From Eledone cirrhosa (lineage: Eukaryota): a DNA stretch of 64,000 nt. Within the stretch, counting starts at the first letter, position 1. Each line of letters starts with the position of its first letter. This document shows, in pieces, positions 11,596 to 27,100 of the stretch. Location: assembly GCA_964016885.1 (NCBI GenBank), contig OZ024742.1, positions 180,668,001 through 180,732,000 of the forward strand, read 5' to 3'. The notes under the pieces were generated by a model. That model ran no database searches. It was not told the origin of the DNA and saw nothing but the letters and a program-made list of their open reading frames with translations. Made by a program: the position numbers and the translations under genes.

Positions 11596-14094
11596 CTAGC
11601 TGACGTACCCAGCTTCGCCCGGGTAAACAGATGATAAGAGAAGACAGGTAAAAGAGAAAATGACTGTATTGGACGTCTGTCTGGTTACAGTATGAGGTGA
11701 GTCCGTGGTGTCTGTGTGATACAAAAAAACAGTAAAAAAATCTTCCAGATATACCAGATTCTTCGTTGTACCGTTTGGGCATAGTATATGAACAATTCTA
11801 GGTGCTCCCACCTAGAATAGTGACCTCTAGGAGATGGTTCATCTTCTGCCTGACTGTAAAACGTGTATCATTGCATAGACATGGTTGTTCCACGGTTCTC
11901 AAAAGGATGATGAACGTTCCAATATTTTATATTATATGTAGATATAGATATAGATAATTAATATAAAAGATGTCCGTCAATGTAAAAAAAAGTCCCTATT
12001 TACTCCCTTCACAACTCTGTGCATGTTAGACTGACAGACAGGCACACAGATAAACTGCGTGGCGATTGTGGGATGCCGCACGTACACACACATACATGCA
12101 TGGAAACGCGCACACGCACGCAAACTTACACACGCACACATGTTAATAGTTATTGCTTTCCTTTCCCTCTTATTTCCACACACATCGCACACATACATGT
12201 CTCTACACTGACACATATACATAGTGTGTCCAAACACAACGTTCACTTTGCCTCTCTCTCCCCTCTCACTCACTCATTGGCATTATGCATATTAATTTAA
12301 GTTTGGCGTCGTTGAGGTGGGCGGAGTCGTTTGAAACCTTTGAACCAATGATAATCGAGAATTATGACACACGGAATAATGACATTGTTGAAATTAATAT
12401 ATAGACTAGCTGACGTACCCAGCTTATCCCGGGTAAACAGATGATAAGAGAAGACAGGTAAAAGAGAAAATGACTGTATTGGATGTTTGTCTGGTTACAG
12501 TTTGAGGCGAGTCCGTGGTGTCTGTGTGATACAGAAAACAGTAAAAAAAAATCTTCTGCAAAGTGTAGGAACAATTATAGGTGCTCCTACCTAGAATAGT
12601 GACCTCTAGGAGATGGTTGATCTTCTGTGTGACTGTAAAACATGTATCATTGCATAGACGTTGTTGTTCCACGTTTCTCAAAGGGATGATGGAAGTGACA
12701 ATCTTTTTTATTATATGTAGATATAGATAGTTAATATAAAAGATGATGCTTAGCCAGTTCGTCTTCAACCATCGCAGCACGCCGACACTGCTTGGCCTCA
12801 GTGTTTCGTTGGTGTTGTTCAGCCAGCTCCCCTTCATTCATGGCGGCACGTCTTCGCCTATGAAGTTCGGCGTTGCGATGACGCTGTTTGGCCCGCTTTT
12901 CTTCATTCCTGGCTGCACGCCGTCGCCGCTGTAGTTCACTGTTTGATAAAGTTGAATTGCTTTTATATTCTGTGGAACGCTGCACGCACGCACACACACA
13001 TAAATACGCGCACGTACATACACACGTACACATGGTAATAGTTACAGCGTTCACTTTGCCTCTCTGTTTCTTACTCTACCCTCTCACTCCCTCATTGGCA
13101 TTATGCATATTAATTTAAGTTTGGCGTCGTTGAGGTGGGCGGAGTCGTTTGAAACCTATGAACCAATGATAATCGAGAATTATGACACACGGAATAATGA
13201 CATTGTTGAAATGAATATATAGACTAGCTGACGTAAACAGATTATAAAAGAAGACAGGTAAAATAGAAAATTACTGTATTGAATGTTTGTCAGGTTACAG
13301 TATGAGGCGAGTCCGTGGTGTCTGTGTAATACAAAAAACAGTAAAAAAATCTTCCAGATATACCAGATTCTTCGTTGTACCGTTTGTGCATAGTATATGA
13401 ACAATTCTAGGTGGGAGCACCTAGAATAGTGACCCCTAGGAGATGGTTCATCTTCTGCGTGACTTTAAAACATGTATCATTGCATAGACATGGTTGTTCT
13501 GCGTTTCTCAAAAGGAGGATGGAAGTTCCAATCTTTTATATTATATGTAGATATACATATAAATAATTAATATAAAAGATGTCCGTCAATGTAAAAAAGG
13601 TCCCTATTTACTCCCTTCACAACTCTGTGTATGTTAGACTGACAGACAGGCACACAGACATATAAACTGCGTGGCGACTGTGGGATGCCGCAGGTACACA
13701 CGCATACATGCATGGAAACACGCACACGCACGCAAACTTACACACACGCACACACTCACACATGTTGATAGTTTTTACTTTCTGTGGGACGCTGCACGCA
13801 CGCACACACACATAAACATACGCACACGTACATACACACGCACACATGTTAATAGTTATTGCTTTCCTTACCCTCTTATTTCCACACACATCGCACACAC
13901 ACCCGTCTCTATACTGAAACATACATAGTGTTCACTTTGCCTCTCTCTCCCCTCTCACTCCCTCATTGGCATTATGCATATTAATTTAAGTTCGGCGTCG
14001 TTGAGGTGGGCTGAGTCGTTTGAAACCTATGAACCAATGATAATCTAGAATTATGACACACGGAATAATGACATTGTTGAAATTAATATATAGA
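11596..14094 (-). mobile_element. Head-to-tail trimer of a deleted Helitron (units 11596-12405, 12406-13223, 13224-14094)
   Basis: Outer ends are A|TC...CTAG|T and internal junctions are CTAG|TCTATATA. A 3' hairpin CCCGGGCGAAGCTGGG is present. Pif1-helicase remnants IILLRTVEQPCLCNDTRFTVRQKMNHLLEVTILG and C-terminal VGAPRIVHILCPNGTTKNLVY. Confidence 0.92.
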
Positions 14095-14119
14095 TATCTA
14101 TATATACTTACAATAGGGA

Positions 14120-14360
14120 TAGGTAGGATATTCAGTTGTAGAAAACTTGCCAAACATAAGATTGGGAGAACCCTTCAGTTGTGTCATATACATGTCAACT
14201 TCCCTAATGTTGTGCCACTATTAAATATACTCGTTAGAGTGCAGAATAAAGTCAGAGTCCCTGCCCTCCTTGAGGTCAGAGGCTCTGCTCATGTACTGAC
14301 TGATCTGTAACAATATGTGCAGCCCTTGCTCACAAGGAAAACAAATATAAGTCAATACTT
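14120..14360 (+). repeat. Old dispersed retroposon tail (related copy at 48680-48950)
   Basis: Shared TGTAGAAAACTTGCCAAA...TTGGGAGAACCCTTCAGTT.TGTC. Confidence 0.55.
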
Positions 14361-14470
14361 AATAAAAGCTACTGTCCTCCTAGATAGCTCAGGGAACCTC
14401 TTCTCACTTAGACATATTCCATTTGGCATGAATTTTAAAGCTGAAAGCCCTTTATAATGTTTTCTTTATT

Positions 14471-14656
14471 AATAATTTTTTCTACTTTTGGCACAAGGTC
14501 AGCAAATATTCCAGTGGTACTTTATTTTATCAGCAAATATTCCACTGGTACTTTATTTTATCGACCCTGTAAGGATGAAAGGCAAAGTTAACCGCGGCAG
14601 GATTTGAACTCAAATCACAAAGGGCCGTAACTCTATGCTGCAAAGCATGGCGTCGA
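14471..14656 (-). mobile_element. SINE family B (partial, with a small internal duplication)
   Basis: Reverse complement of the GAGTTCAAATCC...TTTGCCTTTCATCCTTAC...GTCGATAAAATAAAGTACCAG consensus. Confidence 0.8.
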
Positions 14657-15626
14657 GCATTTTATCATAGCTCCAATGCTAGATAGGTTGTCTTGTCATT
14701 AACACAACTGTTAAGTGCTTAGCAAATGGATTGCCTAATGTGTCATCTGAAGAGAGCATGTCATGTATTGCATCATGGTATCATGATGTAGTCATTTCAC
14801 CGCAGAAATACATATCATGGATATGGTGTAATTAATGAAATTAGGGAATCAAATATATTTGTTTTATTAGTCATATATTTAATTCCATCATACTATACCA
14901 TGTCTAAATTGATAGAATGTGTATGACTTCAAGTGCCCTTTCTCTATTATATTATAATCTTTTTAATCGCAGGACCTGCTATCAATTAGGAAATACCATA
15001 TAACAAAAGTATTTACATATATATATGTGTGTGTATATTTATATGTGTATGAAATGAAAAATTTCCAGATCTCACCTGTGCAGATTTGCTCGCTTTTCTC
15101 AGGCATTTTAATGTGAGGGGTTCCATTCCTATAATGAAAAGCAAGGTGAAATGAAGTGACTTGCTCCATAACATAACATGCCACTCAGTCCTGGAGTCAG
15201 ACCCATGACCATGTGATCATGAGTACAACACATTAACTAGTAGGCTACATTCCTTAATATCTCCCTCTCGGAGATCATGAAGATAGTCTCAGAAACTGCC
15301 TTTCTCTCTCTGACTAAATAGTAAAAACACAAAAGCAACATCAAATGAGCCAAATCAAACTGGTTAATCCAGTGGTTGTCTCACATAACATATACAATTT
15401 ATAGTTGTAGCCATGTTTCCATGTATGCTTTGTTGATATGATGAAATAGCTAGCACACTGTCAACTTAATGAAATGTTTTAATGTTCAGCAAATAATACT
15501 GACTAGCTGGTCTCAATGAAATTTCACTGTCATTGGCAACTAAATCACAATAATTACTCTTCGATATATTTGCTATTTTATCATTGTATCATTTGGATTA
15601 TTAGAACATTAATTATTATCATCATA

Positions 15627-15820
15627 GGGTGGTGGATTGGCAGTATTAGTAGAAGGTCAGACACCATGCTTTGACGCATAGAGTTACGACCCTTGCCATT
15701 CTGAGTTCAAATCCTGCCGAGGTTAACTTTGCCATTCATCCTTATGGGGTCGATAAAATAAAGTACCAGTAATACACTGACTGGTTATTTGCTGGCCTTG
15801 TGCCAAAAGTAGAAACAATT
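15627..15820 (+). mobile_element. SINE family B with target-site duplication
   Basis: GGTGGATTGGCAGTAT head, B box GAGTTCAAATCC, tail GGCCTTGTGCCAAAAGTAGAAAC; TSD AATTATTATCATCATA. Confidence 0.85.
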
Positions 15821-16107
15821 AATTATTATCATCATAATGTATACCATTAACCCTTCATTACTATGTTTTTGATTATAATCACTGCCTATGTGTTTCATTT
15901 GACTGTAAAAATAATCATTATTTTATTAGAAAACAGATGTTTGGGACATTACATAAGAAACATTTCTTTGATAATTATGATGAAATGTGTTTGATATAAA
16001 TATGAATTGAAACAGAAATAGAATCTTTGCTGTAACATTTTGATTAAATATGAATTGAAACAGATGGGTATCAGCACAAGTGTACTGATACCCATCTTTT
16101 TCTGTTC

Positions 16108-16850
16108 AAGGCGGTTGATTGGCAGTATCGGTAGAGCATCAGACACCATGCTTTGCTGCATAGAGATACAGCCCTTTACGTTCTGCTTTCAAATCCCGCC
16201 GAGGTTAGCTTTGCCTTTCATCCTTACGGTGTCAATAAATAAAGTACCAGTTAACACTGGGGTCAGTTTAATTGACTTTCCCCTCGCCTTCAAATTGCTG
16301 GCCTTGTGCCTAAAGTAGAAACAATTATTAGACAATATTATTTGAGGTTGACTTTGCCTTTCATCCTTGTGGGGTCGATAAAATAAAGTACCAGTAATGG
16401 ACTGGGATAATTGCTGGCTTTGTGCCTAAAGTTGAAACAATTATTTAGTCAAAAAAAGGCAGTGGATTAGCAGTATCGGTAGAGAGTCAGACACCATGCT
16501 TTGAAGCATAGAGTTAGGTCCCTTTATGATCTGAGTTCAAATCCCGCCGAGGTTAACTTTGCCTTTCATCCTTACGGGGTCGATAAAATAAAGTACCAGT
16601 AATACATTGGGTAATTGCTGGCCTTGTGCCAAAAGTAGAAACAATTATTTAGTCAAAATCAGATTGGCAGTATCGACAGAGTGTCGGACACCATGCTTTG
16701 TACCATAGTTATGGCCCTTTACGTTCTGAGTTCAAATCCTGCCGAGATTAACTTTGCCTTTCATCCTTACGGGGTTGATAAAATAAAGCACCAGTAATGC
16801 ACTGGTAATTGCCGGCCTTGTGCCAAAAGTAGAAACAATTATTTAGTCAA
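16108..16850 (+). mobile_element. Cluster of four same-orientation SINE family B copies inside an older palindromic MITE
   Basis: Copies at ~16108-16329, 16345-16445, 16457-16650 and 16662-16845; the last three are each followed by ATTATTTAGTCAAAA. The flanks match the MITE at 32345-32503. Confidence 0.85.
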
Positions 16851-17076
16851 AATGTTATGGTGAAGCTTTTATTTCTATTTCAATTCCAAACTTCGCTCGC
16901 TGCATTCCAAACTTCCATAAGTATAAATATTCTAAAATGGACAATTTTCTATCACATTACCAAGGCAGTTTCAGACACATTGATACTCAAAGGTTTAATT
17001 AAATAGTTCCTTATATACATTGGTCTAAGTGGTAGTTTTTCTTCTTTGTTTCCCATGCCTATTGGTATTAACAAAA

Positions 17077-17261
17077 TAATTGTTTCTACATTTGGCACAA
17101 GGTCAGCAATAACCCAGTATATTACTGGTACTTTATTTTATCGACCTCGTAAGGATGAAAGGCAAAGTTAATCTCGGCGGGATTTGAACTCAGAATGGCA
17201 AGGGCCGTAACTCTATGCATCAAAGCATGGCATCCAACTCTCTACTGATACTGCCAATCCA
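17077..17261 (-). mobile_element. SINE family B
   Basis: Reverse complement of the family consensus. Confidence 0.85.
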
Positions 17262-17306
17262 CAATGTCAGTTAATTTCCTAGCCCTAGAGAATTCAACAT
17301 ATACAT

Positions 17307-17471
17307 CAGTCATGGGCAAACTGTGGCCCACAAGTTACATGGGACCCGTTTGGTTTTTTGAATGGCATTCTTAATTTCAAAAGTTTTCCTTGAAATTTTT
17401 AGTAGGGCAGCTCGCCTTATGATGAACTACATCCTATGCAGCCCATCGCTCGAAATAGGTTTCCACGCCTG
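17307..17471. mobile_element. hAT-type MITE
   Basis: Imperfect TIRs CAGTCATGGGCAAACT / AGGTTTCCACGCCTG; 8-bp TSD ATATACAT / ATATAAAT. Confidence 0.6.
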
Positions 17472-18107
17472 ATATAAATGTTAATGAGTAAACACTGGAA
17501 ATCCTTCTTAACTATTTCACCCTGTACTCTTCTACCTCATAACGTTACTACCACCGCTCATCATCAACTCTCAAGTAAATGACATTCTCTTTCTTCTTTC
17601 ATAATATTACTACATTCCCCTCCTCCCTTTAACATACAAGTAAATGGCATTCACTTTCTTTTGCCTCATAACATCACTACTACTCTACCTTTCACCATTT
17701 TATTTTCTCTTTTTTTACTTCTTCTTCACACCCTTCCTTTTACCCTTCTCATTAAAATTTTATGGTTTTTTTTACCCAGACTCCATCCTTGTCACAAATA
17801 TAGAAGCATAATAATTATATTGACTAGTTCATCCATCTAAATTTCAAATGTTATTGTTTCCAGGCTAATCCAGGCTGGTAAATGGGATTACAAACCATTG
17901 TGCCAATCAGGAGATTACAACATCCAAATACATTGGGTTCATCTGTCGACCTAGCAGCCTATTGCTGAGATGATTAATAATATTGAAAGCAACATTGTCT
18001 CTGCTATCATTATCATCACCACCATCGATATTGTCTCTACTATCATCATCATCATCATCATCATCATCATCGACATTATCTCTGCTATCATCATCATCAA
18101 CATCATC

Positions 18108-21100
18108 ACCGTCACCATCATAATCATCACCATCAACATAGTCACTGCTGTCATCATCACCATCAACATGATCACTGCCACCATCATAATCATCACCATC
18201 AACATAGCCACTGCTGTCATCATCACCATCAACATGATCACTGCCACCATCATAATCATCACCATCAACATCGCCACTGCTGTCATCATCACCATCAACA
18301 TGATCACTGCCACCATCATAATCATCACCATCAACATCACCACTGCTGTCATCATCACCATCAACATGATCACTGCCACCATCATAATCATCACCATCAA
18401 CATAGCCACTGCTGTCATCATCACCATCAACATGATCACTGCCACCATCATAATCATCACCATCAACATCGCCACTGCTGTCATCATCACCATCAACATG
18501 ATCACTGCCACCATCATAATCATCACCATCAACATCACCACTGCTGTCATCATCACCATCAACATGATCACTGCCACCATCATAATCATCACCATCAACA
18601 TAGCCACTGCTGTCATCATCACCATCAACATGATCACTGCCACCATCATAATCATCACCATCAACATCGCCACTGCTGTCATCATCACCATCAACATGAT
18701 CACTGCCACCATCATAATCATCACCATCAACATCACCACCGCTGTCATCATCACCATCAACATGATCACTGCCACCATCATAATCATCACCATCAACATC
18801 ACCACTGCTGTCATCATCACCATCAACATGATCACTGCCACCATCATAATCATCACCATCAACATCACCACTGCTGTCATCATCACCATCAACATGATCA
18901 CTGCCACCATCATAATCATCACCATCAACATCACCACTGCTGTCATCATCACCATCAACATGATCACTGCCACCATCATAATCATCACCATCAACATAGC
19001 CACTGCTGTCATCATCACCATCAACATGATCACTGCCACCATCATAATCATCACCATCAACATAGCCCACTGCTGTCATCATCACCATCAACATGATCAC
19101 TGCCACCATCATAATCATCACCATCAACATCACCACTGCTGTCATCATCACCATCAACATGATCACTGCCACCATCATAATCATCACCATCAACATAGCC
19201 CACTGCTGTCATCATCACCATCAACATGATCACTGCCACCATCATAATCATCACCATCAACATCACCACTGCTGTCATCATCACCATCAACATGATCACT
19301 GCCACCATCATAATCATCACCATCAACATAGCCACTGCTGTCATCATCACCATCAACATGATCACTGCCACCATCATAATCATCACCATCAACATCACCA
19401 CTGCTGTCATCATCACCATCAACATGATCACTGCCACCATCATAATCATCACCATCAACATCACCACTGCTGTCATCATCACCATCAACATGATCACTGC
19501 CACCATCATAATCATCACCATCAACATCACCACTGCTGTCATCATCACCATCAACATGATCACTGCCACCATCATAATCACCACCATCAACATAGCCTTT
19601 GCTGTCATCATCACCATCAACATGATCACTGCCACCATCATAATCATCACAATCAACATGGCCCACTGCTGTCATCATCACCATCAACATGATAACTGAC
19701 ACCATCATAATCATCACCATCAACATAGCCTTTGCTGTCATCATCACCATCAACATGATCACTGCCACCATCATAATCATCACCATCAACATCGCCACTG
19801 CTGTCATCATCAACATCAACATGATCACTGCCACCATCATAATCATCACCATCAACATCGCCACTGCTGTCATCATCAACATCAACATGATCACTGCCAC
19901 CATCATAATCATCACCATCAACATAGCCCACTGCTGTCATCATCACCATCAACATGATCACTGCCACCATCATAATCATCACCATCAACATAGCCCACTG
20001 CTGTCATCATCACCATCAACATGATCACTGCCACCATCATAATCATCACCATCAACATAGCCCACTGCTGTCATCATCACCATCAACATGATCACTACCA
20101 CCATCATAATCATCACCATCAACATCACCACTGCTGTCATCATCACCATCAACATGATCACTGCCACCATCATAATCATCACCATCAACATCACCACTGC
20201 TGTCATCATCACCATCAACATGATCACTGCCACCATCATAATCATCACCATCAACATAGCCCACTGCTGTCATCATCACCATCAACATGATCACTGCCAC
20301 CATCATAATCATCACCATCAACATAGCCTTTGCTGTCATCATCACCATCAACATGATCACTGCCACCATCATAATCATCACCATCAACATAGCCACTGCT
20401 GTCATCATCACCATCAACATGATTACTGCCACCATCATAATCATCACCATCAACATAGCCACTGCTGTCATCATCACCATCAACATGATCACTGCCACCA
20501 TCATAATCATCACCATCAACATCGCCACTGCTGTCATCATCACCATCAACATGATCACTGCCACCATCATAATCATCACCATCAACATAGCCTTTGCTGT
20601 CATCATCACCATCAACATAATCACTGCCACCATCATAATCATCACCATCAACATAGCCACTGCTGTCATCATCACCATCAACATGATCACTGCCACCATC
20701 ATAATCATCACCATCAACATAGCCCACTGCTGTCATTATCACCATCAACATGATCACTGCCACCATCATAATCATCACCATCAACATAGCCCACTGCTGT
20801 CATCATCACCATCAACATGATCACTGCCACCATCATAATCATCACCATCAACATAGCCACTGCTGTCATCATCACCATCAACATGATCACTGCCACCATC
20901 ATAATCATCACCATCAACATAGCCCACTGCTGTAATCATCACCATCAACATGATCACTGCCACCATCATAATCATCACCATCAACATAGCCTTTGCTGTC
21001 ATCATCACCATCAACATGATCACTGCCACCATCATAATCATCACCATCAACATAGCCACTGCTGTCATCATCACCATCAACATGATCACTGCCACCATCA

Positions 21101-24100
21101 TAATCATCACCATCAACATAGCCACTGCTGTCATCATCACCATCAACATGATCACTGCCACCATCATAATCATCACCATCAACATAGCCACTGCTGTCAT
21201 CATCACCATCAACATGATCACTGCCACCATCATAATCATCACCATCAACATAGCCTTTGCTGTCATCATCACCATCAACATGATCACTGCCACCATCATA
21301 ATCATCACCATCAACATAGCCACTGCTGTCATCATCACCATCAACATGATCACTGCCACCATCATAATCATCACCATCAACATAGCCTTTGCTGTCATCA
21401 TCACCATCAACATGATCACTGCCACCATCATAATCATCACCATCAACATAGCCTTTGCTGTCATCATCACCATCAACGTGATCACTGCCACCATCATAAT
21501 CATCACCATCAACATAGCCTTTGCTGTCATCATCACCATCAACATGATCACTGCCACCATCATAATCATCACCATCAACATAGCCACTGCTGTCATCATC
21601 ACCATCAACATGATCACTGCCACCATCATAATCATCACCATCAACATCACCACTGCTGTCATCATCACCATCAACATGATCACTGCCACCATCATAATCA
21701 TCACCATCAACATAGCCACTGCTGTCATCATCACCATCAACATGATCACTGCCACCATCATAATCATCACCATCAACATAGCCCACTGCTGTAATCATCA
21801 CCATCAACATGATCACTGCCACCATCATAATCATCACCATCAACATAGCCTTTGCTGTCATCATCACCATCAACATGATCACTGCCACCATCATAATCAT
21901 CACCATCAACATAGCCACTGCTGTCATCATCACCATCAACATGATCACTGCCACCATCATAATCATCACCATCAACATAGCCACTGCTGTCATCATCACC
22001 ATCAACATGATCACTGTCACCATCATAATCATCACCATCAACATAGCCACTGCTGTCATCATCACCATCAACATGATCACTGCCACCATCATAATCATCA
22101 CCATCAACATAGCCTTTGCTGTCATCATCACCATCAACATGATCACTGCCACCATCATAATCATCACCATCAACATAGCCACTGCTGTCATCATCACCAT
22201 CAACATGATCACTGCCACCATCATAATCATCACCATCAACATAGCCTTTGCTGTCATCATCACCATCAACATGATCACTGCCACCATCATAATCATCACC
22301 ATCAACATAGCCTTTGCTGTCATCATCACCATCAACGTGATCACTGCCACCATCATAATCATCACCATCAACATAGCCTTTGCTGTCATCATCACCATCA
22401 ACATGATCACTGCCACCATCATAATCATCACCATCAACATAGCCACTGCTGTCATCATCACCATCAACATGATCACTGCCACCATCATAATCATCACCAT
22501 CAACATCACCACTGCTGTCATCATCACCATCAACATGATCACTGCCACCATCATAATCATCACCATCAACATCACCACTGCTGTCATCATCACCATCAAC
22601 ATGATCACTGCCACCATCATAATCATCACCATCAACATAGCCACTGCTGTCATCATCAACATGATCACTGCCACCATAATAATCATCACCATCAACATCA
22701 CCACTGCTGTCATCATCACCATCAACATGATCACTGCCACCATCATAATCATCACCATCAACATCACCACTGCTGTCATCATCACCATCAACATGATCAC
22801 TGCCACCATCATAATCATCACCATCAACATCACCACTGCTGTCATCATCACCATCAACATGATCACTGCCACCATCATAATCACCACCATCAACATAGCC
22901 TTTGCTGTCATCATCACCATCAACATGATCACTGCCACCATCATAATCATCACCATCAACATAGCCCACTGCTGTCATCATCACCATCAACATGATCACT
23001 GCCACCATCATAATCATCACCATCAACATAGCCTTTGCTGTCATCATCACCATCAACATGATCACTGCCACCATCATAAACATCACCATCAACATAGCCC
23101 ACTGCTGTCATCATCACCATCAACATGATCACTGCCACCATCATAATCATCACCATCAACATAGCCACTGCTGTCATCATCACCATCAACATGATCACTG
23201 CCACCATCATAATCATCACCATCAACATCGCCACTGCTGTCATCATCAACATCAACATGATCACTGCCACCATCATAATCATCACCATCAACATAGCCCA
23301 CTGCTGTCATCATCACCATCAACATGATCACTGCCACCAGCATAATCATCACCATCAACATAGCCCACTGCTGTCATCATCACCATCAACATGATCACTG
23401 CCACCATCATAATCATCACCATCAACATAGCCTTTGCTGTCATCATCACCATCAACATGATCACTGCCACCATCATAATCATCACCATCAACATAGCCAC
23501 TGCTGTCATCATCACCATCAACATGATCACTGCCACCATCATAATCATCACCATCAACATAGCCACTGCTGTCATCATCACCATCAACATGATCACTGCC
23601 ACCATCATAATCATCACCATCAACATCGCCACTGCTGTCATCATCACCATCAACATGATCACTGCCACCATCATAATCATCACCATCAACATAGCCTTTG
23701 CTGTCATCATCACCATCAACATGATCACTGCCACCATCATAATCATCACCATCAACATAGCCACTGCTGTCATCATCACCATCAACATGATCACTGCCAC
23801 CATCATAATCATCACCATCAACATAGCCCACTGCTGTCATCATCACCATCAACATGATCACTGCCACCATCATAATCATCACCATCTACATAGCCCACTG
23901 CTGTCATCATCACCATCAACATGATCACTGCCACCATCATAATCATCACCATCAACATAGCCTTTGCGGTCATCATCACCATCAACATGATCACTGCCAC
24001 CATCATAATCATCACCATCAACATAGCCACTGCTGTCATCATCACCATCAACATGATCACTGCCACCATCATAATCATCACCATCAACATCGCCACTGCT

Positions 24101-27100
24101 GTCATCATCACCATCAACATGATCACTGCCACCATCATAATCATCACCATCAACATAGCCACTGCTGTCATCATCACCATCAACATGATCACTGCCACCA
24201 TCATAATCATCACCATCAACATCGCCACTGCTGTCATCATCACCATCAACATGATCACTGCCACCATCATAATCATCACCATCAACATAGCCCACTGCTG
24301 TCATCATCACCATCAACATGATCACTGCCACCATCATAATCATCACCATCAACATAGCTTTTGCTGTCATCATCACCATCAACATGATCACTGCCACCAT
24401 CATAATCATCACCATCAACATAGCCACTGCTGTCATCATCACCATCAACATGATCACTGCCACCATCATAATCATCACCATCAACATAGCCACTGCTGTC
24501 ATCATCACCATCAACATGATCACTGCCACCATCATAATCATCACCATCAACATCGCCACTGCTGTCATCATCACCATCAACATGATCACTGCCACCATCA
24601 TAATCATCACCATCAACATAGCCTTTGCTGTCATCATCACCATCAACATGATCACTGCCACCATCATAATCATCACCATCAACATAGCCACTGCTGTCAT
24701 CATTACCATCAACATGATCACTGCCACCATCATAATCATCACCATCAACATAGCCCACTGCTGTCATCATCACCATCAACATGATCACTGCCACCATCAT
24801 AATCATCACCATCAACATAGCCCACTGCTGTCATCATCACCATCAACATGATCACTGCCACCATCATAATCATCACCATCAACATAGCTTTTGCTGTCAT
24901 CATCACCATCAACATGATCACTGCCACCATCATAATCATCACCATCAACATAGCCACTGCTGTCATCATCACCATCAACATGATCACTGCCACCATCATA
25001 ATCATCACCATCAACATAGCCACTGCTGTCATCATCACCATCAACATGATCACTGCCACCATCATAATCATCACCATCAACATCGCCACTGCTGTCATCA
25101 TCACCATCAACATGATCACTGCCACCATCATAATCATCACCATCAACATAGCCTTTGCTGTCATCATCACCATCAACATGATCACTGCCACCATCATAAT
25201 CATCACCATCAACATAGCCACTGCTGTCATCATCACCATCAACATGATCTCTGCCACCATCATAATCATCACCATCAACATAGCCCACTGCTGTCATCAT
25301 CACCATCAACATGATCACTGCCACCATCATAATCATCACCATCAACATAGCCCACTGCTGTCATCATCACCATCAACATGATCACTGCCACCATCATAAT
25401 CATCACCATCAACATAGCCTTTGCTGTCATCATCACCATCAACATGATCACTGCCACCATCATAATCATCACCATCAACATAGCCACTGCTGTCATCATC
25501 ACCATCAACATGATCACTGCCACCATCATAATCATCACCATCAACATAGCCATTGCTGTCATCATCACCATCAACATGATCACTGCCACCATCATAATCA
25601 TCACCATCAACATAGTCCACTGCTGTCATCATTACTATCAACATGATCACTGCCACCATCATAATCATCACCATCAACATCACCACTGCTGTCATCATCA
25701 CCATCAACATGATCACTGCCACCATCATAATCATCACCATCAACATAGCCACTGCTGTCATCATCACCATCAACATGATCACTGCCACCATCATAATCAT
25801 CACCATCAACATCGCCACTGCTGTCATCATCACCATCAACATGATCACTGCCACCATCATAATCATCACCATCAACATAGCCACTGCTGTCATCATCACC
25901 ATCAACATGATCACTGCCACCATCATAATCATCACCATCAACATAGCCCACTGCTGTCATCATCACCATCAACATGATCACTGCCACCATCATAATCATC
26001 ACCATCAACATAGCCACTGCTGTCATCATCACCATCAACATGATCACTGCCACCATCATAATCATCACCATCAACATAGTCCACTGCTGTCATCATTACC
26101 ATCAACATCATCACTGCCACCATCATAATCATCACCATCAACATAGTCCACTGCTGTCATCATTACCATCAACATGATCACTGCCACCATCATAATCATC
26201 ACCATCAACATAGCCACTGCTGTCATCATCACCATCAGCATGATCACTGCCACCATCATAATCATCACCATCAACATAGCCCACTGCTGTCATCATCACC
26301 ATCAACATGATCACTGCCACCATCATAATCATCACCATCAACATAGCCCACTGCTGTCATCATCACCATCAACATGATCACTGCCACCATCATAATCATC
26401 ACCATCAACATAGTCCACTGCTGTCATCATTACCATCAACATGATCACTGCCACCATCATAATCATCACCATCAACATAGCCACTGCTGTCATCATCACC
26501 ATCAACATGATCACTGCCACCATCATAATCATCACCATCAACATAGCCCACTGCTGTCATCATCACCATCAACATGATCACTGCCACCATCATAATCATC
26601 ACCATCAACATAGCCCACTGCTGTCATCATCACCATCAACATGATCACTGCCACCATCATAATCATCACCATCAACATCGCCACTGCTGTCATCATCACC
26701 ATCAACATGATCACTGCCACCATCATAATCATCACCATCAACATAGCCACTGCTGTCATCATCACCATCAACATGATCACTGCCACCATCATAATCATCA
26801 CCATCAACATAGCCACTGCTGTCATCATCACCATCAACATGATCACTGCCACCATCATAATCATCACCATCAACATAGCCACTGCTGTCATCATCACCAT
26901 CAACATGATCACTGCCACCATCATAATCATCACCATCAACATAGCCTTTGCTGTCATCATCACCATCAACATGATCACTGCCACCATCATAATCATCACC
27001 ATCAACATAGCCACTGCTGTCATCATCACCATCAACATGATCACTGCCACCATCATAATCATCACCATCAACATCGCCACTGCTGTCATCATCACCATCA

